A DNA stretch of 63,607 bases, the filler included, from Choristocarpus tenellus KU-1152 (taxonomy: Eukaryota; Protista; Phaeophyceae), in assembly GCA_964200185.2 (NCBI GenBank). It is 12 parts of 12 records of this genome, joined end to end, with 100 filler letters (N's around TTAATTAATTAA, not from the genome) between each part and the next. Parts side by side here need not be neighbours in the genome. Positions count along the whole stretch, not along the records: positions 12,553 to 16,022 come from CAXNAD020019815.1; positions 16,123 to 19,633 come from CAXNAD020019537.1; positions 19,734 to 23,324 come from CAXNAD020019072.1; positions 23,425 to 28,091 come from CAXNAD020013546.1; 8 more parts are not named here. One strand, written 5' to 3'. The position numbers were made by a program, and so were the translations under genes. Under the pieces are notes generated by a model that saw only the letters and a list, made by a program, of their open reading frames with translations, did no database searches and was not told the DNA's origin. Shown here one piece after another: positions 12,690 through 23,535 of the stretch (position 1 is the stretch's first letter; every line of letters starts with the position of its first letter).

Positions 12690-13800
12690 CCAACCCTCAC
12701 GACCCCCCCCCCTCAGGCTTGAAGGCTCACTCCTCCTTTCTTACTCTTTAGTCCATCTACAACACGATCAACCCTATAGGAATTAGTCAAGTTATCAATA
12801 TACGAAGTCTTGGGAAACATCAGCTTCTTTAATGTTAGGTAGCATCACTTATTGTTGTGTACTAATCTTCACGGGTAGTGTGAATTGATTACAGGAGGAG
12901 TCGTGACGGAGGCGAACATCAGTAACAGCAGACGTCGTATTTGAAGTGGTGAGTACAGAGGAATGACGCAAGCAACAGCGGTTGAAGATAGATGGGAGGA
13001 AATCGAGTCTGACTGCGAAGATGAAGACAAGGAGGCATTCAACAGAACTGTGTACCGTGCGAGAACTGTAGGGCGGGGCCTGTAACGGCGTGTCCCACTC
13101 CCTGGGAAGTTCAAGGTGTACAACAGCGATGATGACGGGGAAGGATATCCTACTTTCGAGATAACTTTCTTCCATTTGCTTTTGGGTTGTGGTTAGTGAA
13201 TATGGAAGAGTTCAGGAATAGGAAACATTGTATCAAGTAATCTGTGACTAGCAATTAGTGATCTGCAGAATAGGATATATTTAGTGGCAAGGACCCCCCC
13301 CCTTCGTTCTTGAAAGCTCACTTCTCCTTTCTTCTTCCTTACTTTACCTGCAACATATACAAACCTATAGGAATTTATCAAGTCGTTTGTACACAAAAGT
13401 CTTAGGAAACATCAGCTTATTTAACGTAGGACCTCGCACTCAAGAGGGTAGGAAAGTTGATGCCTAAGAGCAAATGAAGGAACTCGAGTTGGCAAGCAGA
13501 GAGGTGCTTTCCGAGGAGCAGACACTTGTACTGCTCATCCTGTACAACCAGTTTGTTATCAACAACCGTACAGGTCAAGCTGGCCCTGTGGATGGGATCC
13601 ACTGGAAGTGGGGGTACTACGAGGCTTTACGCATGGTGAAAACTTGGAAGGTGAAAGGGGAGATCTCTTGCACTTCTGGGACTGGGAGGGGGACTATTCA
13701 CGTGGACTCTAATATGAGGTGCAAGCTCCTTACATCACACCTCGACGAAATAGAACTCTTCATCTTTACACAACACTCATTGGGAAATGCGTTCTTCCGT
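12690..13800 (-). mobile_element. Two diverged 3'-end remnants of a Ty3/gypsy (chromovirus-like) LTR retrotransposon
   Basis: About 150-bp diverged direct repeat (about 12700-12850 vs 13291-13440). On the minus strand each ends in a polypurine G-tract. Upstream lie a degenerate chromodomain-like peptide (VVQDEQYKCLLLGKH...LEF...SYVK*ADV) and a KELAP/EISPFTF stretch resembling the post-integrase region. Confidence 0.5.
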
Positions 13801-16122
13801 CAGGATCTGGTGACCTAGGTAAAGACAAAGGTTGGAGTGGAAGTGTCAATGAGGAGTTTGAATACCATCCTGAAGCTCTTGGACTATGCGTGAAGGGGTC
13901 AAGCCAAGATCCTACCTCTGACAGAGGAGAGGAAAGCACATATTCAAATATTTCTGTTTGAAAACTCGGGGGTCCTGAGGAAGGAAATTGCAAAGGGGAA
14001 CGTGACCCCCAACTGAGACATCAGATAAGGCTGGGGAATTATCATGAACCTAACTGGGATCGGATTTAGGATAGATGGAAACCAGTAGACGGCGGCAGGC
14101 TGGTTACCCATGCCCAGAGGGAGATGACAAAGCACTGACAAGATATTGGAGGAGACATAGTCAACCTGACGAATGTTCCGGAGTAAGTAAAAGATAGGAT
14201 GAGTTAGTGAGACCAGTAGGTGCCGTAGAGGAAGGAGTAGACGAAGATATTATTGCAGGAGGATGAGCCGTACCATTTTACATGGAGTGGCAGACATACG
14301 TGTTTATTGTTGTCACCAAATCCGGAACAGAGTAAAATAAAAAATGGACTTCAAAATCGGCACTTCTTATAGTAGTACATTCAACCAAATCCGGAGCAGA
14401 GTATAATGAAAAATGGACATTTAACGCTGTGCTTCGCCACAACCTTTTAATCCCTGAGTGGATCGACAGGGGGTAAAACGTTTACCCTCTTAAATGGTAT
14501 GGCTCGATTATCAGGTGGGACTCATGGAGGAAAATAGTAGCAGTAGCAATGTCGAAGGTGGCGAATCTGAACCAATGTTTTTTTATTATTGGATATCAAT
14601 AGACGACCCAGCAAAATTCAGAGTACTCAAAGTACAGGCAGAGTGCTCCAAGCACAACCTTTCTTAAAAGGTTCTACACTAGCAGCCAAAACGATTTGAG
14701 CCACCAAAAAACGTACCCCATGAGTCCTACGTACATCAGCATTATCAGCATTCCAATGACTTGGGTTTACGAGATGAACAGGTAAAGCAATCATGAAAAT
14801 AAAAAACAACGATAAATATCCCCAACAACATAAATGCTTGTCTAATGCACAGATAGTGCAGCCTATTTCAAGCTTTATTGTGAATCGAAGGTTCTATTAT
14901 AATTTGATCGATACTTTAGGATATAAGCATTTACTCCATACATATTTCATTGAATGAATCAAACTGTAGCAGATTTTATAGCAGCTTGAATGCTTCCAGT
15001 CCGAATCTTTGTGGGACTAAAGTACTTATCCGAATCTGGTCTATGGCGGGACGTATCTTGGGTTCCAGATAGAGTTAGGACCTCAAATCAACTGCAATAT
15101 ATTTGACTTGCCCTCACAATTACAACCACTATTTTTTTGTCGTTATCGAAGTGTTCCAGAAGATATTTCAAAATCTTGAACGCTACCTCCCTTCGTAATA
15201 GTGTTTATCACAAAATGAAAAAAACGAAATACTTCAGAGTATATGTGGCACAACGCAGATTTCAAACGTTGCGAGGCATGCAATCGATCTGCGGTGTCTT
15301 CCTTGTTCTTGCCCGCTTCCCATGTCATCATCACCTTCTCCACGATGAGGTGCACTATGAACTTGTATTTCAACATTCAAGGAATGAAGCACTGAAGCAT
15401 TAGTTACATTCTTTTACAAAGGCGGTATCTACAACCACTGTCCTCTACTGATGAGACCAAGGTGTTGTATATATTCTGGTGTACATCATATCTTTTTTAA
15501 TAATATAATATTTCTTGGTTGATCAATCCAAAAGAGGTGAGTTGGAACCAATTGTAGGTTGTGGCAGGTATGTGTAAATTAAGTCTTTGATATGTATTCA
15601 TCAAACATTCTGCTTGGCAAAGAGCTGAGTATGGAGCTAGACAAGAGCTCTTTTTTGGAATTTTTCTAGTCTCAGCAGAGAATGAAAGGATGTGACTGGT
15701 GACAAGTGGTAGAAGCAGTTGAATGTTAGAATTTGGAAGCATTTTGGAGTCTATTGGTTGATAGATTTGATGTCTTTTGATATCGCACAAGTTAATATTG
15801 CATGAAGAATGGTATCAGCGCAGGGTCAAAGTATCTGGGGGGGGGGGGGGGGGGGGGTGGTGGGGGGGGGGGGGTGGGGGGGGGTTTCGGCGTCAGTTTT
15901 TCACCCTTTTCTCGATTTTTAATATCTTGGTGTGATTAGGTCACACGTGTCGGATTTAAAATGTCAGCAAAAAAAGAGTTGTTTGACCGAAACGGACACC
16001 CCCCTCACAACCCCCCCCTCCCNNNNNNNNNNNNNNNNNNNNNNNNNNNNNNNNNNNNNNNNNNNNTTAATTAATTAANNNNNNNNNNNNNNNNNNNNNN
16101 NNNNNNNNNNNNNNNNNNNNNN

Positions 16123-19100
16123 CCCGAACGCGCTTTCACCATGCGGATCTACATGGAGTTCAACCAAGCAGAAGAGAGGCTAATTGCCAACGGTGGGTGA
16201 TGGAGTGTTTTCGTTGTTCCACAATCGCCTGACCGTTCTGATTAACTAAGCAATAAAGTAAGTTGAGTGTTCTCGTTGTTCCATGTTCGCCTGATGACTA
16301 TTACCATCAAGTAAGCAACAAAGTAAGTTTATAATCATCACGTTGTTCCATGATCGCCTAACCATTCTGATCAACTGAGCACCGAAGTAAGTTGAGTGTT
16401 TTCGTTGTTCCATGGTCGCCTGATGACTATTCTGATATACGAAGTTGTTGCAGAGTTTCCTTTGCTAGGTTCATCGTCAGTCAGCCCATTGTGGATCTTT
16501 TCGTTGCTCCTCTTTTTTATCCCTCGTGGTATTCCTATCCACAGCAACATGTTGCTCGGTGCCGCAGGCCGTTTGTGTCCCACGATCGCTACCCAACTAA
16601 CCCTTGTCCCGTTCGTCCACTGCACCGCTATGCTTATAGCATTCAACGACGCGACCGAGAGTGTTGTTGAGAGCACGTTATACGATAATATATATTTTCA
16701 GCACGAGCTCCAAGAAGCTATCAAGCGACAGACGAAGAAAAAAGAAGTGTCACTAGCAGAGATCCGCAGAATGTACCAAAAGGTGAGAGAGTTCTACACA
16801 TTGGTGGGATGGTCGCTCTCTACTCCTCCTCTAGTTGGGTTACAGCTGTTGCGAGATCTCTCTGTGTCCTGCTATTCAACCTAAGTAGAGATGGTTATCC
16901 CGCGTTTAGATACCCTGTCAACCTGCTTATTGATTTTCGGGTGACCATGTAGTATGTATGTCTGGCTAACCACAGACGTGCAATAAAAAGCGTCCTTGAT
17001 TGTTTTATCGACGGTGTTGCCTGAACCCCCCCCCCCCCCACACACACACACACACATACATACTGTGTTGGCGTGGTAATTACGATGTCTCATCCTCGCT
17101 GACTGGTTGCATAGTATTTTCCGTTTTCTGCCCATAGCGAAGGTGGGCGTTACTACCCCGGCGAAAACAACTCTACGAAACTGGCAGCAAGGCGTAAAGT
17201 CCCCCTTCGACCAGAGTCCTTCGAGGTACTGAAGGAAGTGTGTGAGACCTCGTCACCACATATTGACCGCAACGCAGTCACACTAAACTATCTGATGAGC
17301 GAGGAGTTTGCCGGCTTCACTTCTCTCAAGCAGGGGCTATGCATCCACCTGCTTGCTAGGCAAGTCAAAACATCACTGTGTTTTATCGTGTAGACAGCAG
17401 TAAGCGCAGTTTGTGCAGGTCGCAGCACATTGCACAGGAGCGTGAAATAAGTGTCTCCTACGATGAAGAATGTAGTCAGCCATTGTTGTGTCGAACGAAA
17501 ATCCCTTCGTAGTATTCTGGTAATTCTACAAACAGTGTGTGTTTCCTGTGTATGTGCGCTCTTGTCTTTTAGAAAGTACGACAATCGAGTAATGAATATT
17601 TGCTGCAGTGGCAACCCTTTCCTCTTCATAACCTGCAATTTGTTCTCGTTGACGTCCTTCATGGCAATTCTATTTTAGCAGGTACAAGTCGTTCTACGGG
17701 AAGGTTCCTACAGCGAGGGACCACAAGGAGATCGAATCGGACGCGCACATGTCTGAGATGGTTATCTCGCGCACCAGGCAGATTGTGCCGAAGGAGAAGT
17801 GGATATCAGAGCTCCAAAGGTTGGTAAATGGTGGAGTTGCAGCGGTTATCTTTTCTTGCCTTTTCCGTATCTCCTGTGCACCCATACGTCGCCATGCGCC
17901 CCTGAATGGTAAAATACACCGTTAGCGTCTTTTTCTGCACCGCACTTATTGATTGTTGCAAAACCGCTCTGAATTCCGGACGTTATGTGAACGATGCACG
18001 GGCTGCCAGGGAAATGAACAGGCTCGCATACGAGAAGTGCAGTATGCACGACCTCTGGGTCAAGCCCCACTACGAGGAGAGGAAGAGGGAGGTGGCCCAA
18101 CTTCTGCAGAAGGTTTCATCTGGCGACCAACAGGCGGGGCCCGTCCGACTGAGGGCAAACATCTCCACGGTAGTCGGAATGAAACCTCTGCAACGGGTCA
18201 GAGCCGTGAGTGTGCCTCCTGTGTTCGTAATTACAGCTGAAACGGCTTGTACCGAAAAAAATAGTTGATGCTTGGTAGGATTGGTGGTGGGTCTTTGTCA
18301 TCATCATGAGCGACAGAGTTGCCTTCGATACTACAAACGTTGCTGTTTTGTCAGTTCTAGTCTTTCGTTGCTAATAGCAGGAATAGCAAATCTTGTCCTT
18401 CAACTGTAGACAACGATCTTGGTCAATCTCCACCTCGTTTCTACCTCCTACACATCACTGAAAAAACCTACATACGGATTGGTGTCCTCGACATGGACTT
18501 ATATCAAACTATTTTGCCCCGCAAGCCACCTCCATTAAACACGTTCACCACGTCAACCGTATCGTTTGCTCTGTTCGCTCCTCCATGCTATCGTACTTCC
18601 ATTACACTATCACATTTTTGACGTCACCATCGTCCCCTCCTCTCCTCAACGACGTCCTCCGCCGTCTCCACTACTAGATTCTCGAGAAGGACTCGACTCT
18701 ACGCGCTTACCTCACCACCTGGGATGGGAAATACCAGGATGTACTCAACCAGGTCAACCTCCACCAGGTTCACAGTGGGTGGGGCTGTGATGGCGGCGGC
18801 GCAGAAGTTGAAAGCAACAACGGATCGGCATCAGATGGCCGTGAGAAAGAAGACGAGGGAGGGCGTGAACACCGAGGTGGGGATGGATACAAGGGAGGGG
18901 ACAAACACAAAGCAGGGGACGAAGACGAGGGAGGGAACGGAGTACCAGACAGGGAGGATACGGGCGAAGGAGGTTCTGTCGGCAGTGTTCCTGGTTCGGA
19001 AGAAGAACAAAACGGCCATGGAGGGTGGAACGCAGGTGTTTGCTGTACTGAATGCAATCCTCCACCTACGTCTCGGTGAGTAATGTAGTTGTAACGGTGC

Positions 19101-19633
19101 ACACGAGGGTGGAGTGTAATTAATAGCGTAAGATTGGTTTTCATCCAATCCCCCGAACGGATAGATACGTTGTATCTTTTCAGCGGCGCACGCCATTGAA
19201 TCGATGGTATGTTACAGGGTCCCTCTATGTGCGGCGCTGCGGTCGCTACCCCCACATCTCTTTATTTGCCACTGCCCGATTGTGTGTTAGTGCATGTACA
19301 TCACCGACTGTTGTATCTCACCTGTACTACTTCATGCTGTTTTGCGCGACCAATTTCGTGGTCCTTCGTAACCGTGGATCCCCGCGTTGCGTTGTTGCAC
19401 CCAATTAATGATCTGGAAAAATAATATTCTGTCTGTTTAACGCTCTGATTCGATGACACACGCGACAGGTATTCATGCCCAAAGTGCTCCATCACACATA
19501 TGGGCGAATGTGCCTACGCGGAGATTATAGACGACGAGAGGCACAAGGATCGATTATGTATCAATTGCCCCATGGCACAGGAGGGCAGTGAAGGGTCTGG
19601 ATCGATGGGGAATGAAGCGGCGGGTCGGGGCAG
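16123..19633 (+). CDS. Spliced gene, partial at both ends: ParB-like helical/HTH region, helical domain, acidic-Gly repeat and PHD-like Zn finger
   Basis: Phase-consistent exons 16123-16192, 16640-16782, 17143-17225 (or to 17359), 17682-17819, 17926-18169, 18678-19035, one from 19184, and 19469-19633. Peptides RIYMEFNQAEERLIANAFNDATESVVESTLYDNIYF...VSLAEIRRMYQKVGVTTPAKTTLRNWQQG and YSCPKCSITHMGEC...RLCINC. Confidence 0.65.
16203..16446. repeat. Intronic minisatellite: about 4 units of 62-66 bp in an A-B-A-B arrangement
   Basis: Recurrent GAGTGTT(T/C)TCGTTGTTCCA...TCGCCT...AAGTAAGTT. Units 1 and 3 share ACC(G/A)TTCTGAT; units 2 and 4 share GATGACTATT. Confidence 0.9.
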
Positions 19634-19975
19634 NNNNNNNNNNNNNNNNNNNNNNNNNNNNNNNNNNNNNNNNNNNNTTAATTAATTAANNNNNNNNNNN
19701 NNNNNNNNNNNNNNNNNNNNNNNNNNNNNNNNNCCCCCCCAACACATTACATCATTACAGGCATATGAGGGTTCAAGTGCATTTGTGTAAGAGTAGCGGT
19801 TGGCGCATGTTTCTGTACATGTCTTACCATGTCACAACGTGAATTGTTTCAACCAAAATGAACCACACCAACATTGACAGGACAGTGGACATCTCAGGAT
19901 AAAACTATACTACTGGGCCAATGCCACATGGCAAATGCTACATTATGTATACCGTGTATGCCTTCACCTAAGTCC

Positions 19976-20242
19976 TTAGAATATTATTATTATTATCACT
20001 ATCATAAATCTTGATGCAACTTCAAACGCGATCAATCTTTTGTCCCATTTTATCACAATAAAGACAGAACCTTTCACATCCAGACTCGCCCCCCCATACA
20101 CATAATCATACTTCTTACAGGAGTGCTTTGCGTACATCAGTAAGAAACACTGGAGAAACTTCTCCAGATGCCCAATCCCAACAAAGACATTTTTGAAGTA
20201 AGGTAAATTGCTTTGAACACATTCTTCACCAAATATCATCAA
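19976..20242 (-). mobile_element. Possible degenerate LINE 3' end with an (ATA)n tail
   Basis: Minus-strand peptide resembling a decayed LINE C-terminus (HLEKFLQCFLL...IKWDKR), followed by an ATAATAATAATA tail. Confidence 0.3.
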
Positions 20243-20442
20243 CCCCTAGAGTACCACATCAGTGGGTGGGATCAGAGTCAAAAGCAACAAATCAAAAAAA
20301 AAAAAAGGCTAACAGCTACTCTTACCAAAGTCAACACAACACAACGCAGCAAAGAGCACCTACCTGGGGATAGGTAACACGATACAACCAGATGAGCACA
20401 CTCATTAAGAACGGAACAGCAATCTTGAGTATTTTTTCTCAC

Positions 20443-23180
20443 CTTTCCACCTTGGCAAGGACGTCTTCACGCTCCTGCTCTTTGATCTGCGGCTTGGAGA
20501 CCTTCCACTTCTCAACAGATTCCCTCACCTGACACCCATTCCCAGAAACATGAGGGGTAATACTTCAGGCAGGTTGTCTCAGCTGCCGTACCATCATAAT
20601 GAATTGCGTCACATCAAGCAAGGCGCTAACAAAATATACATACAACCTCGATATACACTCAAAAGAACAAGCAATGGACAGATCAGGAATGCGAAATTAA
20701 AAAAATTCTAGCGGAGGTGGCGGTACAGTATTTACTTAGAGTCTTTTACTTAAGTCTTAAGTGAGAAAAGGCAAAAAAGAAAAAAAAGAAATCGGTCATT
20801 CATGTTCGTGAAAATCTTAATTCTTCCAACAACAACAAAGAGAATTTCAACACATTTGATTCCTGCGGAACTGGCTGTACATGGGTGGAACTGATACTTT
20901 GCACTATTGGTATCTTACAACCAAAAGATGTGAGAAACTGCGCCGCCAGTCCAACTGAAAAGGTAGATACAACCGAAAGCACTCCACACCATTGCTTTCG
21001 GTATCAAGTACCAGCACATCCCAAGACGGTATTTGAGGTAACAACAAATTGCCTTCAAGAAACTCTTTCTAACGATTGCCTGTCTCTTACACTTGTGTGT
21101 GGGTCAGCTGGAAGCATGTCAATCAAGATAATGGGACACACATACTTAAAAAGAAAAAGTGCACATACCTTAGCGGTAAACTGTCGTCCCAATTCTAGCG
21201 CCTTCGGGCGAGCATCCAACTCCTCCATTCGCACAAAGATCAAATCTGCGGCCTGCCAGGACAAAGGTATTGTTGTTCCAAAGATCAGAGAGGGTTAATG
21301 AGCACAAACCCATTCCTGAGCAACAGCAGCTTGCCTTACAGTGTGCTTAACAGCTTGAACATCAACTTCCACTTCAACACGTTTTGGAGTATTCGCAAAA
21401 ACAAGTATGCAAACTCCCTCTTTCCCTCCTTTGCTGCTTTCACCCCCTCCCCCCCCACCTGCATGTCAATGTTCCCAACATAATTACTTGAAAGCACTCC
21501 CATAAAGACCTCAGAGAAACAACCACTAACTGCACTAAACACATTGCTGCACCAGGAACTCAAGAATTGATTCTACTTCCGAGCCAAACACCCAAAATGG
21601 ATTCATTGGCCCATAGATGTTATGATCCCCAACACTATTACTCCCTACTTTCCTGTACCTTGCAGTAAAAAAGAAAACAGTAACCCCTTCAAAACACACA
21701 CACACACTCATACCATCCAGTGCTGAAGTTCTCATCACCCTCTCTTGAACTCTCAAAATCCTAAATACCCTTGACCTTCATATAAACACAACAAAATGCA
21801 TCCAGGCACACAAAGCACAACCAACTCCCACTAACACCAATCCTCACTATTAGTACCACAACATCACCTTAGAAAGGTCCGCAATCTTGGCACGGTACGT
21901 AACCGCCTCCTCATCCCATCCATCCTCATAGAGCCACTCCTCCTGCTCATTGGCCAATGCGATGGCTGCCTCCCTCTGTTCCTCTGTACTAACTGCCGAA
22001 AGCTGCTTCTCTTCGTCACGCAGACGCCCACGCACCTACAAAAACCATGGAGACATTAAACAGCAGGAACATGTAACTTGAGTATGTGCTGCTTGATGTG
22101 ACATACCCATACATGGATCAACCAACCCTACGGCATACTCATGCTAACTTGCACAAGTTTCATGTGTCCCCTGTTCACTTGCATAGTTTGCAGAGATCTT
22201 ACCTTCACTATAAATATATCAGTTTGTGCACAACCAGTTCGATTGACAACATACCAGTGTTGCTAGAGACGTGGGAGGGAACCTGTGAGGAGGCTTGGGA
22301 GAGGTGATTGTACAGGGAGTCATCTCAAAAACCAGATGGATCAACTAGGTCACAACAAGAGCTCTACACAATTTTGAAAAATTTCATTGAAAAAAAAGTC
22401 CTAATTATTCCATTTTACTGACAACAAGGATTTCTATCTGGTCCTTTGCATTGTGTAAAAACTTTTCCCTCGGAAACGTTTTTACACAGGAACCTCACCA
22501 CGACTTTGGAGACCCTGACCCCAACCCTAACCCACCACCTATACACACACATAATTACTTGGTCTATCCCACAACCACACTTTCACACAGTTTACTTCCT
22601 GTATGTATATATATTGCACACTTGTTAATTGTATGACAACTATTCTTACAACAGAATGCAATGGAATAGATCATAATGGGATTGTGTGTTCAGTTGGTCC
22701 TCTCTTCATGCGTATGCTCAGAGCATCCTCTGAACACAGCTTTTAAAAAAGTGATTGAAAAAGAGTGTTTTAGAACCGATTACTATAAATGTCCACCAAA
22801 ACTCAATTCACAACACTGTTGCATACCTCTCATTTAGTCTCCACACTCTCCTTTTCTCCACTAGTTACATCCTTAGAGTACCTTCAAAGCTCCACTCCTT
22901 AAAATATCATTTCCATATAGCCAATGCACCACCCCAACTCTCCCTTACAAGCAGAAAATATTTTAAAACTTCAATCCACTTTGACAGACCATCCCAGCCC
23001 CCCACATACTACCCACACAACACAACACAACACCCTTGTGCCTACCTGCAGGATGTATGACTCCAGATCGTTCTTTGCTTGTGCCTTTAACCTTCTTGCC
23101 TCATCTGCTGCGAGCAGCGCCGCCAGCTTTACCCTAGAGCCTGTCTTGTCCTCCTCTGTCAACGGGTGCACTTGCATAAA
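20443..23180 (-). CDS. HYOU1: GRP170/HYOU1 (ER Hsp70-superfamily chaperone), internal C-terminal exons
   Basis: Phase-consistent exons 23180-23046, 22035-21868, 21252-21169, 20528-20443, encoding AQAKNDLESYILQVRGRL...EEQRE...EEWLYEDG...LIFVRMEELDARPKAL...WKVSKPQI. Confidence 0.85.
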
Positions 23181-23477
23181 CTACATGCAGACAACCATCA
23201 CACCAAGAGCCAACAAGAATAATATTGTGTAGCACGGGCAGGGTAAAACAGGACACAATATTGAGAGTATTAACAAAATTGAAAGGTAACAGGAAGGCTA
23301 TGGGGGGGGGGAGATTCTGGGTGGNNNNNNNNNNNNNNNNNNNNNNNNNNNNNNNNNNNNNNNNNNNNTTAATTAATTAANNNNNNNNNNNNNNNNNNNN
23401 NNNNNNNNNNNNNNNNNNNNNNNNAAGAGACAAAACACCCCCAGAATGCATTCTGCTTGCTTTGTTTTTGTTCTATC

Positions 23478-23511
<34 letters not shown>

Positions 23512-23535
23512 TTGCCTAGCTCTAGTTTTCATTAC

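Noticed and set aside
12700-13440. A pair of LTRs bounding a small element
   Set aside because: The repeats include PPT-like tracts and coding remnants and lack TG...CA ends, so two internal 3'-end remnants fit better.
16203-16446. CRISPR array
   Set aside because: The would-be spacers are homologous to each other, there are no cas genes, and the context is a eukaryotic intron.
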